64,000 nucleotides of DNA, taken from NCBI GenBank assembly GCA_951406725.2, contig OX597816.1:120714001-120778000 (forward strand), in the 5' to 3' direction. The notes under the pieces were generated by a model that was given only the letters and a program-made list of their open reading frames with translations, was not told the origin of the DNA and ran no database searches. Of the stretch, positions 49,403 to 63,290 are shown in pieces (positions within the stretch are counted from its first letter, which is position 1; each line of letters starts with the position of its first letter). A program made the translations under genes and the position numbers. The stretch comes from Octopus vulgaris (taxonomy: Eukaryota).

Positions 49403-50235
49403 TGTGGGTTTCCAGGAGAAAAGCACCCGGTACACTCTGTAAAGTGGTTGGCATAGGAAGGGCATCCAGCCACAGAAACCATGTCATAGCAGACAGCAGA
49501 GCTTGGTGCAGTCTTCTGACTCACCAGTTCCTGTCAAACTGCCGAACCCATGCCAGCATGGAAAACATATGTTAAATCATGATGACGATGGCTTTATTTT
49601 GTGATAGAGCAATTGAAAGCCACCTTGAAAAATAACTTAACCCTAATTAACTGCCATTCTTCATGTCACCAATACTTAATAATACCAATAGACTATTAGA
49701 TTTTAGTGATATCTACAATAACATATTTCTCAACAAATGTCTGACTGGAATTTCTCTGTGTTATTAGAGTCCCTCTTGTTTTCTGCAGATTTGAGGTGAA
49801 TTATTTCAATATCTATTTCTGTACCACTCAGAACTTTTCATCTAGCTTGTGACAACCATCTAATTTACTTGAACATATTTTCCCTCCACATCAAAAGGCC
49901 CCAGATTTAAATCACCTATAAGTTTTACACCACAAAAAGAAGAACTAAGGATGAGAAAGTAATTCTATTCTTCTTGGTAGAATAAAAAATACACTTTTAG
50001 TGATCTCAGTGAAAAAGTAACTTTATTTAATTATAAACTTAATGTTACTAACATAGCACACAATACGCTCTGTAAAGTGGTTGGCATTAAGAAAGATATC
50101 CAGTCGTTAAAACCATGCCAAAATTACATGGAGATCTTGTTGCGGGCCTACAGCTCGCTGGTTCCCTGTCAAACCATACCAGGATAGAAAGCAGATCTTA
50201 AATGATGATGATGATTCTGTACTATGTTTTACTGC

Positions 50236-50445
50236 TTTATAATTTTTGCACGAGGCCAGCAATTTCAGGGGAAGGTGAAGTCGATTGCATCGACTCCAGT
50301 GATCAAATGGTGCTTATTTTATCGACCCTGAAAGGAAGAAATGCAAAGTCGACCTCAGCGGAATTTGAACTCAGAACGTAAAGACAGACGAGATGCTGCT
50401 GTGTATATTGCCGGCGTGCTAACGATTTTGCCAGCTTGCAGCCTT
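50236..50445 (-). mobile_element. SINE family C with alternative (non-Tx1) tail
   Basis: Same head and core as 7137-7366, but tail CCTTCCCCTGAAATTGCTGGCCTCGTGCAAAAATTATAAA. Confidence 0.82.
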
Positions 50446-50751
50446 AAAATTAATGTTATATTTAAAAAAACGCTACAAGTAAAGTTCTTGTAAGATTCTT
50501 GCTATGAACTCATGTTAAAACATATTTTTAAACACACTGATATAATGTGAAGTGTTGACGATAAATGTGAGAAACATTTCCAGTAAAAATGAAAAATAAA
50601 ACTATAGAAAATGAGCAAGGGAGGCAACCTAATTATGTTTAAGCAAGGGGAATAAATCTTTAACAAAAATGAAGCTTAAGTAGCTTCCCTTGTAAATTTA
50701 CTCTCTTTTATTCAGATTAATGAAAATAGTTGTAAATAACTTATCGGGTGT

Positions 50752-51175
50752 TTTACTCTTTTTACTTGTTTCAGTCATTTGACTGCAGCCATGCTGGAGC
50801 ACCGCCTTTAGTCGAGCAAATCGACCCCAGGACTTATTCTTTGTAAGCCTAGTACTTATTCTATCAGTCTCTTTTGCCGAACCGCTAAGTTACGGGGACG
50901 TAAGCACACCAGCATCGGTTGTCAAGCGATGTTGGGGGACATAGACGTAGACACACAAACATATACACACACATACATATACATACGACGGGCTTCTCTC
51001 AGTTTCCGTCTACCAAATCCACTCACAAGGCTTTGTCTGCCCAAGGCTATAGTAGAAGACACTTGCCCAAGGCTATAGTAGAAGACACTTGCCCAAGGTG
51101 CCACGCAGTGGGACTGAACCCAGAACCATGTGGTTCGTAAGCAAACTACATACCACACAACCAATTCTACGCCTA
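50752..51175 (-). mobile_element. SINE family B with internal ~26-bp tandem duplication
   Basis: Full-length homology. GCCCAAGGCTATAGTAGAAGACACTT duplicated at ~51039-51090. Confidence 0.88.
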
Positions 51176-51647
51176 TGTTTATGTTTCACACAGAGGTATA
51201 TCAATCAAAATTAGCATGTCTTTGATAAAATGAATATCACAAAATTTAGGTATATAAAGTTATTAGAGCAACAATCAGTTAATAAGTTAATGCATCAAAA
51301 TATATGGTAGTGTGGTGGTGACAGCGCGGAAAATTAATGTACTGAATATGATGGCTATTACAACACATTATTCACATGTAACTTTGGCCCCTGTAACTTT
51401 GTGGGTGGTAGACATCAATTGTTTCCGGGTGAGTTCAGCGCATATGCTGTGCATATATTTATATGTATCACTATATTGACCTAACTGATGGGTGTTGTTA
51501 TATACCGCTGGTCACAGTGCACTTCCTCACTAGGCAGGCAGGCCTATGGCTTATAATTGACTGAGATCATGATGTACCCCACTAAACAGGTCGTCAGTTC
51601 AACTGAGTGGACTGGGGCAACGTGAAATGAAGTGTTTTGCTCCGGTG

Positions 51648-52194
51648 CACGAAATTTTTTTGTTTCCACAAGAGTTCCAGACACCAGTTATGAACTCATT
51701 TGCATACAGCCAATCAGATCTCAACTATCAAATTAAATTAGTGCATATCAAGTGATGGGCGATAAGATAAAGTCACTTGGGTAAGGAATGACCAGGCTTC
51801 TTTTCTCTTTTAAGAATGTTTGTTGTTCTTGTTCTTGTTTCAACCATGGCTGCCTCTGCATAGTTATTTGTGATGTTTACTTTGTAAAACAGTAAGGAGA
51901 GAAGGTTTCTAGCACATCACTCTCTACCCACATTTTTCTCATCCACATCTTTACCATGTGGAGCTCTAGCAAAATCCGATAATAGGTATAGATGCAAATC
52001 TATCTAATTACTTGTCTCCTTCTAAAGTCAGACATAACTTGGAAATTGGTCAATTTACAACACCATTCTTCGTCTTGAGTTTACTTGGTAGACTGTGTTT
52101 GTTAACTTGACAAGTTCAAAGTGAGCCCTGATTGGCTGTATGCAAATAAGTTCATTATTGGGGTCCAGAACTCTTGTGGGAAAAAAACTTCACG
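51648..52194. mobile_element. MITE with ~75-bp imperfect TIRs and 7-bp TSD, nested in a family-A-like SINE
   Basis: CACGAAATTTTT...CCACAAGAGTTC...TGAACTCATTTGCATACAGCCAATCAG versus its reverse complement at 52123-52194. Flanks TCCGGTG / TCCAGTG. Confidence 0.75.
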
Positions 52195-52289
52195 TCCAGT
52201 GCAGGAATTGAAAGCATGATATTGTGATTGTAAATGTGACACTCAAATCACTAGACCATGTGCCTTTGCCTACATACACGTTTATAGAC

Positions 52290-52333
<44 letters not shown>

Positions 52334-52639
52334 TGGTATCAACCAGAGAGAAATTTTATACTTTTAAGAATTTTAATTAGTTTGCTGAGAATATACATTA
52401 GAAGATTGTTTGAGAAAGAGACGACACATAGTTGTTGTTGCTGTTTAGCCTTAAGCCTGTCTTGATCAAAAAGGCCTACGATCAAATGCATTCTGACTGT
52501 AACCTCTTGGTCTTATACAGATGGAACCCAAATCCATGTATTTTTGAAGACTATATGGTGTGATTTTGAGGGAATGAAAATAAGGGCATCCAGCTGTAGA
52601 AAATTTGCCTCAAGAAATTCTGTTTCAACTAACCATAAG

Positions 52640-53295
52640 CATCATCATCATCATATTCATTTAACATCTGCTTTCCATGCTGGCATGAGTTGGATGGTTT
52701 GATTGAGGACTGGCAAACCAGGAAGCTGCACCAGTCTCCAATCTGGTCTGGCAAGGTTTCTACAGTTGGATGCCCTTTCTAACACCAACCACTCCGAGAG
52801 TGTAGTAGGTGTTTTTACATGCCAGTCAGGCAGCACTGGCATCGACCATGCTCGAATGGTGCCTTTTACATGCCACTGGCACAGGAACCTGTCAAGTGGC
52901 ACTGGCATTGACCACACTTTTATGGCGCTTTTTACATTCCACTGGCATCTACCATGCTTAAATGGGTGCCAGTCAGGCAGTACTCGCATCGTCCATGACA
53001 ACGATTTCATTTTCTCAAGCACAGCATATTGTCTGACGATTGAAGGGAATTCTTAATGAGCCAGTTATGTGACACTGGTATAGGCCACAACTACAATCTC
53101 ACTTGGCTTGCCAGGTCTTCTCAAGCACAGCATATCTCCAAAGGTCTTGGTTGCTTGTCATTGCCTTGAAGGTCATGCTTCACCACCTCATCTTAGGTTT
53201 ACCTGAGTCTGCCTCTTCCACAGGTTCCCTCCACTGTTAGGGTGTGACACTTATTTCACACAGCTGTCCTCATCCAAATGTAACACATGACCATG
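52640..53295 (-). mobile_element. RTE-clade LINE 3' fragment with (GAT)n tail
   Basis: W.GHV...EDSCVK...VEGTCGRGR-like coding relic, then a 3' UTR shared with the 54260, 57745 and 62765 copies. Confidence 0.75.
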
Positions 53296-54259
53296 ATGAT
53301 GATGGTGATGATAAAACTGAGTAACAGTTGGAAAGCAACTTATGAGGTTAGTATTCAACCATACATTTACAAAAAATTTGTGGTAGATCTTTACAGACTT
53401 AATTTCCAAGGATAGTGAGATGGATGGTGTCAGTAGAGCAGTAGATTAATGGCACTGGAAACATATTTATTCAGTGGTGTTCAGAGAAGACAACAATTGT
53501 GGTGGTCAAACATTTTCTTTATATTCTAGAACCCACAACATTGCAGATGTTCATTGTTCTGAGTTTCTTAATGAACCAATGGACAGTTTCCATATGGTTC
53601 ATCAACCTGCAAGAAATAGCAGTGAAATTTCCATCAAACCACACCCTGGTGCAGATCTTGATACAATGTTCCTAATAGTAAGATGTGATGATCATACCTG
53701 GGATATTACACACACACACACACACACACATGCATGCATGCACAAGTGCAGTTGTTATTTCTGTTGAAAAATCCCTGGTCAACACAATGTATCTGTGGCA
53801 CGAAACTGAATCAATTTTGTGTCACAACTTGTTGAAAGCTCCTGGGCCTTCCACATCATCAATTTCTTTTGCTGCTGCCGCTTGCACTCCTTTTTTCCAC
53901 AATTAGCATAAAATGGCTCTAATTGCAATTTTTTCACTACTCATTATGAAAGCCATAAAATAAGGAATAAATAGTTAGTGTTTACGTTATTTGTGAAAAT
54001 AAAGAATAAACAATTCAGCAATGATTTAATGACAAGTTGTATCAAATTAATGATTTATCGTGGAAATACAAGTTACCAAAAATCATCAGTGAAAATCTGT
54101 AAAAAAACTATTGACTCAACCTGGTATAAGCAGTGCTCTAATGGATGTCTTTGTGGAGGATCAGCTACTGATCAAGTCTAAAATTGTTTCTATTCAGCTT
54201 TGGCTACAGAAATGGTAGAACACTATTTGAGCATTGCAATTTAATCTTGCTATTCTGCA

Positions 54260-54630
54260 TTCATCATCATCATCATTAGGCATCTGTTTTCCATACTGCA
54301 TGGGTTAGACTGTGTGAGCCAGAGAGCTGCACTGGGTACCAGTCTGTTTTGGCTTGGCTTCTATGGTTGGATGCCCTTCCTAATAGCAACCACTTCACAA
54401 AGTGTACTGGCATGGGTGCCTTTTACATGTCACTGGCACAGGTGCCTTTTTTTGTGTCTCTTGCACTGGCCATGACTATGATTTCATTTAGCTTCTCAAG
54501 CACAACAAATTCTCAAAGGTCTGGTCACTTGTCATTGCCTCCATGAGACTCAACATCTGAAGACCATACTTCACAACATTGTCCCACATCTTCCTGGGTC
54601 TATCTCTTCCACAGGTTCCTTCCACAAAGT
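54260..54630 (-). mobile_element. RTE-clade LINE 3' fragment
   Basis: VEGTCGRDRPRKMWDNVVK; (GAT)n tail. Confidence 0.75.
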
Positions 54631-55021
54631 TGATAAAATACCTTAAAAGTCCACATAGAATATACACTCCCATGTAAAATATGCATCTTTACTTGAGGCT
54701 TAAATTATCTTAAAACCTATATGATGCCATGTCTTTGACATGCAATATTGCACAAACTGTTACAAGAATATATAATCTACTATAACCCAATTTTTTGGTG
54801 TATTTTTCAATATTTCATTTTATGTAAAGTGGTGAACTGGTGGGATTGTTAGCTTAGTTGCATTTTGCCCATCTTTATGTTCTGAGTTCAAATTCTGCCT
54901 TTCATCCTTTTCATGTCAATAAAATAAGTACTAGTTTTGAGCATTGGGGTTGATGTAATTCACTTACCCACTCACTGAGACTAATATTTCATTTCATGTA
55001 AAATATGTCGACATATGTCAT

Positions 55022-55405
55022 AGATACAGGTGTGGCTGTGTGGTAAGAAGCTTACTTCCCAAATACATGGTTCTGGGTTCGGTCCCACTGCATGACATCT
55101 TGGGACATCTAGTGAGTGGATTTGGTAGATGGAAACCAAAAGAAGCCTGTCGTAGATTTATATATGTGTGTGTGTATGTATATGTCTGTGTGTGTCTTTG
55201 TCCTCCCTCCCGTCATCACTTAACAACCTGTGCTGGTGTGTCTACGTCTCTGTAACTTAGCAGTGCAACAAAGACACTGATGAAATAAGTACTAGGTTTT
55301 AAAAAAAATAAGTCCTGGGGGTGGAATTGTTTGACAAAAATACTTCAAGGTGGTACTTCAGCATGCCCACAGTTAAATGACTGAAACAAATATAAGAATA
55401 AAAGA
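55022..55405 (+). mobile_element. SINE family B, diverged
   Basis: Head, body and tail homology to 16392-16800. Confidence 0.8.
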
Positions 55406-55804
55406 ATAAGAAAAAGCTTTATAATATAATTGTGTGTGTGTGATTTTTTTTTTTCTTAATTAAAAGTGGGTGAGGAAAAACTTTACAGCCATACCATATA
55501 TTATATGCATTTTTTATATTAGAATAAATATTTCTCTCATAATTCTTATATTGTTAGGATGACAGAAATGTATACATCTTGATGCATTTTGACAAAAATA
55601 GCTTAGGCTAATAAACTTGGTCTCTTCCAATCTGTGAACTATAACTTGCAGTCACAAGAGAAATTAATTTTGTGACAAGCATCTTTTTATTATTATTTCA
55701 AATGACAGTAGTTGTGTGAAGATTATAAAAGAAGAAATGTAGCCTCTTTGCAAACCACAAGAATTTATAGAGATTGTGCTTAACTCTTGATTCTTCAGCA
55801 TTAA

Positions 55805-56434
55805 CTCTTTTGATGCTAACCCACCTGAGACCACCCCTGGTTCTATGATACAAGCTTTCTCTTTTATAATGATCTATAGGTACAGGCATGGCTGTGAGGT
55901 AAGAAACTTGCTTCCCAACCACATGGTTCTGGGTTCAGTCCCACTCTGGCACTTTGGGCAAGTGTCTTCTACTATAGCCTCAGGCCAACCAAAGCTTTGT
56001 GAATGGAATGGTAGACACAAAATGAAAGAAGCCCATTGTATATATATATGTGTGTGTGTGTACCTATGTTTGTGTGTCTTTGTGTTTGTTCCCCATCATC
56101 ACTTGACAACTGGTGTTGGTGTGTTTATGTCCCCCATAACTTAGCGATTCAACAAAAGAGACTGATAGAATAAGTACTACGCATAAAAAAAAATTAAAAA
56201 GTAAGTCCTGGGGTTGATTTGATTGACTAAAACCCTTCAAGGCATTGCCCACAATTAAGTGACTGAAACAAGTAAAAAAATTTTTTAATTAATAAAAACC
56301 ATTCTTCAAAATTTCAATTTTATATATGTCTCAAACACCAGTTTAACAATGTTGTTTTCTTAAATTCTCCTTCATATTGAAAATTAATTGAAACAAAGGT
56401 ATTGTATTTCATCATAAATACGGTAACAAAAGCA
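55805..56434. mobile_element. TTAA-flanked (piggyBac-type) MITE containing a family B SINE (55878-56275, +)
   Basis: TTAA at 55801-55804 and 56435-56438. Degenerate TIR CTCTTTTGATGC / GGTAACAAAAGCA. Confidence 0.55.
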
Positions 56435-56509
56435 TTAAGCACACAGGATAGGATAATAGTCTATGGCAAGTAAACCTTTTTTTTTTTATTTTATAAAAGT
56501 TGATTCTAC

Positions 56510-56881
56510 TCTCTTGTTTCAGTCATTTGACTGTGGCCATGCTAGTGCACTGCCTTTAGTCGAGCAAATCAACCCCAGGACTTATTCTATTGGTCTCTTT
56601 TGCCAAACCGCTAAGTTACAGGGGCGTAAACACACTAGCATCGGTTGTCAAGCGATGTTGGGGGGACAAACACAGACACACACACACACACATACATATA
56701 TATATATACATATATACGACAGGCTTCTTTCAGTTTCCGTCTACCAAATTGACTCACAAGGCTTTGGTCGGTCCAAGGCTTTAGTAGAAGACACTTGCCC
56801 AAGGTGCCACACAGTGGGACTGAACTCGGAACCATGTGGTTCGTAAGCAAGCTACTTACCACACAGCCACTCCTGCGCCTA
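56510..56881 (-). mobile_element. SINE family B
   Basis: Colinear with 16392-16800, with a small internal deletion. Confidence 0.88.
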
Positions 56882-57744
56882 TATATTTTTCCCTACAAAC
56901 TCCCAACTTAATGAAACAGAAATCTTGTACTCTATCTGTTTGATCATTTTGTCAGTGAAGTAAAATGGTTGCAGCCAAAGATGTAAAGTTGATTTGGATT
57001 TGGCTGATTACAACTCAGTGGGAAATCACAGAACTTATGTGGATATAACCTATTAATCCATTAAATTAAGAAAATAAAGTTGTTAGTTCAATTCAAGACA
57101 TAATATTAACTTGTGTGTAAATTCCAATTTGGTAACCAAGTTGCTCTGAAAACTGATCCTGTGTCACATATTATCAGATGTAGCTGACAGGGACAGGTGT
57201 GTCCTTTAATCTTTGGTTAATGTAAGAGAAATAGGAGCTGGGTTAACCCTCTCTGATTTACTGATTAGCTTACAGAATGTTATTTTACTGACCTAGGAAT
57301 GGCTTTGGGTGAGGCTTAAAGGTCATTGTGGGTGTTTCCAGTTAATAAAAGGAGTAATTGAGCAACTGAATAGCATTTAAAATGTATATAATCTCTGCTC
57401 ATCTTTAGAAAAACAAAATTAGAGCACTGTACACTCCCCAATTGTTTTATGTATAGTTTCTAAACTGAAGGATTTTACAATAGCACTTTAAAGTACTAGA
57501 ATTAGCCTTACATTGAAGCATTATTTGGGAAACCTATGGGATTATTATTTGCAAGGTAAATGATTGTTTCATAGACTACAAGGTATACCTTTTAATATTT
57601 AGCAAAAAATAAAAAAGAATTGTTTCTAATTAAATACTGTTAAATTTACCTCATTATAGAATACCATTATGATCCTTGACTCAATTCAACTGGGCCAATC
57701 GGGGAGTTTGTATTTGATCACTTGACTCGTGAGAAATAGTAGCC

Positions 57745-58650
57745 AATCATCATCATCATTTAATGACTGTTTTCCAGGCTTGCATGAGTTGGACAGTTTG
57801 ACAAGAGCTTCCCGGGTTCCATGTCTGTTTTGGCATTGTTTCTTCAGTTGGATGCCCTTCCTTATGCCAACCACTTTACAGAGTGTATTAGGTGCTTTTA
57901 TGCAGTACTGGCATGAGTGCTTTTATGTGGAACTGGCTTAGGTGCTTTTTACATGGTACCAGTACCAAGAAGCCCACAAGATTAGGATCACTCTGCTGAA
58001 GAGGGATGCACAGGACATACCTGTATGCAAGGACAACCATGATTTTACTTAGCTTGACATGTCTTCACAAGTACAGCAAACTGCTAGAAACCTCAGTCCC
58101 TTATCATCTCTGTAGTGAAGCCCAATGGCTGAAGATTCTTTCTCACCACCTTGTCCCATGTCTTCCTGGGTTTACCCCTTCCACACACTCTTTCAACAAT
58201 TGGCACTTCTTGATGCAACTGTCCTCATCCATATGCATTACATGACTGTACCAGCATAGTCTTCTCTCTTGAACACTACATCTGATGCCTTGTATACCCA
58301 GTTTTTCTCTCAAGTCACTTCCACTCTGTTGTATGTGCACTCTGACATTACCCATCCAGCTGGGCATATTGGCTTCATTTCTTTGAAGCCTTTGCATGCC
58401 CTCTCTAGTCATAGCTCTTGTCTCACTGCCATGTAGCATAGCTGTTCATACATAAGCATCATATAATCTGCCTTTCACTCTGAGGGAGAGGACCTTTGTT
58501 ACTAACAAAGGTAGTAGCTCTCTGAACTTTGCCCAGCCCATTTTTATTCTTGCAGCTATGCTTTTGGAAAATTCCCGCCACTGCTAACTTGGTCACCAAA
58601 GTAACAGAAACTGTCTACTACTTCTAAGGATCCTACCTGACATTTGAGGG
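57745..58650 (-). mobile_element. RTE-clade LINE, 5'-truncated
   Basis: EVVDSFCYFGD..., MLHGSET, LREKLGIQGIRCSVQERRLCWYSHVMHMDEDSCIKKC; 3' (GAT)n tail. Confidence 0.85.
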
Positions 58651-59089
58651 GACATTTGACCATAAGGAATAAGAAGTTTGCTTTGCGATTATGTGGTTTC
58701 AGGTTCAACCCCATAGCACAGCACCTTAGCATGTATCTTCTACAGTAGCTTTAGGTCAAGGCTGTGTGGTTAGAATTAAATAGATGGAAACTAACAGAAG
58801 CTTGTTGGATTGTATTTGGTCATGGATGGTAAACCTAATCTATTACTCATTTTAATTCAAGATCAGGCACTTTGGTGCCTTCAGTGAAGTCTGCTCTGTT
58901 AGATGCATTTGGACCAGATCTTTGGTGTGATGCTAATTACACTACTTCCTATTGCAGTAACTCATGACTTGTTTCTTCCTCTATTTTCTCCTACTAATCT
59001 TGGACGCCCTGCAAGGGTCATTGTTGCAGTCCTCCTTTGTTTTCCACTGTATAAATTTATGTTTACAAAATAAAGTAGCTTTGCTTACA

Positions 59090-59465
59090 TCTCTCTCTAT
59101 ATATAAACGGCAGTTTGTCTGTGCGTGTTTCTGTGTGTCTGTTTGCTTGTACCCTCACTCTGACCACGGCTTTCAACCGATTCTGATGAAACTTGACACA
59201 CACATAGCCCAATGTCATAATTCAAAACTAACGCAGCGAAAATTTTGAAAAGTTCCCCCAGTTCAGAAAAAGATCGATAAATTCGACATGGGGTCAACAA
59301 TCAGAAACACAAACCGCAGATGGTGATGGGGACGCAACTCGGCCTTTTTAACTATCAAAAAAAAATTTACCATCATTTTTTTCCCATTTTTTGGCTATAA
59401 CTCTCTAAAAGTGCTTTATAGTTATTTCCCTTACAAACCCGAGCAACGCCGGGCGATACTGCTAG
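59090..59465 (+). mobile_element. Non-autonomous Helitron
   Basis: 5' TC (A|TCTCTCTCTATATATAA), subterminal hairpin CCCGAGCAACGCCGGG, 3' CTAG|T. Inserted at AT with no TSD. Confidence 0.82.
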
Positions 59466-60031
59466 TTACATATAAGAAAATTGGAACAGTTCCTTTTTGG
59501 TGCCAGTGAATTGATTTATGACAAAGGAAAAGTATTGCTTGTTTCTTTTTCATTTAAAATACCATTGTGTCCTAGAAAGAAATTGATTAGAAGTTGCTTT
59601 GATAAAAGTTAAATAGGTGGTATGTGATCAGGTTAGTTACTCTGAGGTTTGAGGAGTACCTTAGCACCATGGTTCAAATTTTCATTTGTTAAAGTTTAAT
59701 TTACTCTGTTACTGTTCTTGAGAAAAACCTAATCATCCTATTTATGTCTTCTCTACCATCTGAAATCAATGGTACTAAAAACCAATTCATGGATAATTAA
59801 TTGTGTCAACTATTTAACTCTTTGTCCACATCTGCTTTATGAAGCTTGAAGAAATGTTTTTTCTTTCATTTTTTAGAGAGGAGAACAACAACTTGCCCTA
59901 ATCATATATATCATTTAGCGTTTCAATCTCTGACTCAAAGGAGCTGCTTTGGCTATGATTCTCTTTGTCATTGAGCTTCTCTCAGTCATCTATACTCTAC
60001 ATGTGAAACAACATGAAACATTTCATTTGTC

Positions 60032-60330
60032 TTTTATCTTTTACTTGTTTCAGTTATTGGACTGCAGCCATGCTGGGGAACTGTCTTGAAGGGTTTAGTT
60101 GAATGAACCAACCCCAGTTCTTATTTTTAAAGTAGGGTACTTATTCAATTGATCCCTTTTGCTAAACTGGTGAGTTACAGGGATATAAACAAACCAGTAC
60201 TGGTTGTCAAGTAGTGGGTGAGGACAGACACACACACACACACACACACATGATGGGTTTCTTTCAGTTTCTCTCTACCAATCTACTCACAAGGCTTTGG
60301 TTGGCCCAGGGTTATAGTAAAACAACACTT
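60032..60330 (-). mobile_element. SINE family B, 5'-truncated and diverged
   Basis: Tail and body homology. Confidence 0.75.
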
Positions 60331-60534
60331 GTCCTCTGTCCCCTTGACATTATCATCCCTCTTGTGAGTTCACAATGCTAACATCCAGGTTAAAAACACT
60401 ACTGCTCTACACAAACCAATTAGGGTTCTCAACCTGCCACACACAGCAGCTAAATCTCCTTCAAATCACATACTACTGTCTTAGTACACCAGAAACAACA
60501 CTTTCTTCCATAAATATAGGTACTAATAATTTTT

Positions 60535-60725
60535 TTGCTATTGGCACAAGGCCTGAAATTTTAGTGGGATGGGGTTAGTCGGTTACATTGACCCCTGTGT
60601 TCAACTGGTATTTACTTTGTCAATCTTGAAAAGATGAAAGCAGAATTTGAACTTGGAATGTAATGAGCTGAAAGAAATGCTGCTCAGCATTTTGTCTGGT
60701 GAGGCTAACAACTCTACCATGTCAC
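60535..60725 (-). mobile_element. SINE family C, diverged, alternative tail
   Basis: Homology to 50236-50445. Confidence 0.65.
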
Positions 60726-61270
60726 TTCCTGAAATGTTAATCTTCATTTCAAGAATCAGTGCACCCAGGAATTCCTTCTCCTTTATTGTATTCATTTTCT
60801 TAGAGCAGCATGACCTAAGAAGAACTGGATGAGGTCAGTGCAGCTAAATGATTCATGTAAATTGTTTGAGGACTTAGGGCACGGGGTGGGGTGGGCAGGG
60901 AGTTTCAAATAGATTCTAGTTTTATATCCTGTCCGGTTTACTCCTTTAGAATACTTGATAGAACTAGCAGTGGATTTGTGGATTTTGCGGTTTTGGGTTA
61001 GGTTAGCTGGACAATGTTGTTTGTACACACCACACACACAAAGCAATATTGCACATCGGTACAGGAAGTACATCTCTCTCTCTTTCTCATACTCTCTCTC
61101 TCACACACACATGCACACACACACATACACACACATCTGCTTACCACCAATTTTGCCTAAAACAAATAAATGCTTGATTAGTATCAAGTTGTCAGTCTTC
61201 CTGTTTATATTCGGTAGGATCCAATAGGATTTAGTTACCCAACCACTCACTTTCACCACTTTCACACAAA

Positions 61271-61353
<83 letters not shown>

Positions 61354-62035
61354 CGCACACACCTTATTGCCCTTTTTTAAATCTTTTTCTACCTTGAGAT
61401 CTTTTTCTGTTTCTTTCTCTTCTTTATCCCCATCCCCACCCGCTTCTGTACACACATTAACTGTGCCTCATTTTTTCTCTGTTCACATCGCTACCCTACC
61501 TGTCTGTCTGTCTTTCTATCTATCAATGTGTCTGTCTGTCTTTCTATCTATCAATGTGTCTGTCTGTCTGTCTCTTTCCCTCTCTGCTCACATTTGTGTT
61601 CTCTCCCATTCTTTCTTTCCTTATATCTTTGTTTCTTAGTCTCTTACTTTCTCTTTCTTTCCTTCCTCATTTCTTTGTTCTTTCTCTCTTTCTTTTTCCC
61701 TTCCCAGTTGCTTCATCTTGTCTCATCTTCAGTAACATTATATTTAGTTGGAGTTTCTATCATTTTCCGCTATCACTATCAACACCACTATCACCCTAAC
61801 AAATAACAACACCAAACAGCATCACCCATAAATACCACCACCACCTTCACAATCTCTCTGCTGTCAACAATTATCAAGAAGACCACTTCATTAATTCTCC
61901 TGTAACTTCCAGTATATCAAATGGTTATTTATATAGATTCCTCCTGCCTTCAACCACATTTACCATTCGTGTTGTTGTTATTTTGAGTGCCATGTTTGTG
62001 ATCATAATACTTAGCTTCCAATGACCAAGTCTACT

Positions 62036-62280
62036 TTGGCGGTGCCTGGCTTAGTGGTTAGGGTGTTGGACTCATGATCATAAGATTGTGGTTTCGATTC
62101 CTGGACCAAGCAACACGTTGTGTTCTTCAGCGAAACATTTCATTTCACATTTCTGCAGTCCACCCAGCTGGCAAAAGTTAGTAATCTTGTGATGGACCAG
62201 TGTCCTGTCCCGGTGGGGAATATCTATGCCATGAAACTGGGAAAGCGGCCCTTAAGAATTGGTATGACACAAAAAGGTAA
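62036..62280 (+). mobile_element. SINE with family-A-type tRNA head
   Basis: GGCGGTGCCTGGCTTAGTGG A box, GTTTCGATTCC B box, TTGTGTTCTTCAGCGAAACATTTCATTTCAC core. Confidence 0.7.
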
Positions 62281-62481
62281 CTTTACCTTACCAAATTAAC
62301 TTACCAAATCTACTGAGATGTCTAAGTCAACTTTCAGCAAGCAGACCTGTAACCACAGACATTCTGTGATTCTTTTTTTTTTTTATTTTATAAAGTAACA
62401 TATCCCAGAATGCACTCCTGAATGAGCTCTTCCTTTTTTAACTCTGTCACACTGTATTCCCACTATAGTGGGCATAGAGTA

Positions 62482-62645
62482 CTGTATTTCAATGTGCATA
62501 AGGAACCATTTATTTGTCAAAAATTAGGTTAAAAAAATATGGGAGTTTCTTATACATGGATAGTATTATAATCTCTTACAAAACCTTTTTTTCCAAATTT
62601 TAAGCCCCCAAAATTAGGGGGTTCCTTATACTCATTAAAATACGG
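62482..62645. mobile_element. pogo/Tigger-type MITE
   Basis: TA-CTGTATTT...ATAAG / CTTAT...AAATACGG-TA ends. Confidence 0.6.
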
Positions 62646-62764
62646 TAACTGTCATCTCTGCTGGATTCCCAGTAAAGCCGTAATGAACAACATAGAAAAA
62701 GAAGATGCAGCTGATTCTGTCCATTACTTTGCCTGCAATCGTTACTCTTGAGCTGTATATGCAA

Positions 62765-63290
62765 CTCATCATCATCATCATCATTTAGTGTCTGTTTTAC
62801 ATGCTAGCATGAGTTAGATGGATTTACTGGAACTGGTAAGCTGAAGTACTGTACCAGGTTCCAGTCTGTTTTGGCTTGATTTCTACAGCTGGATGCTCTT
62901 CCTAATGCACCACTCCACTGAGTGTACCAGGTGCTTTTTATATGTCACCAGCACTGGCCGTGACTACAATTTCATTTAGCCTGATGTGTCTTATCAAGTA
63001 CAGCGAGTCACCAAAAGTCTAGGATGTGAGTCTCCATGAGACTCACAACCGAAGATCATATTTGACCACCTTATCTTACATCTTCCTGGATCTACCTCTT
63101 CCATGGGTTCCTTCCACAGTTAGAGATCAACACTTCTTTATGCAGCTGTCCTTGTCCATGCACATCACATGGCCATATCAGCACAGTCTTCTCTCTTGCA
63201 CACCACATCTAATACCTCTTATACTCAATTTTTCTCTTAAGATGCTTACATTCTGTTGTACATGCACACTGATATTGCACATCCAGCAGA
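62765..63290 (-). mobile_element. RTE-clade LINE 3' fragment
   Basis: LREKLSIRGIRCGVQERRLC; shared 3' UTR and (GAT)n tail. Confidence 0.8.
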
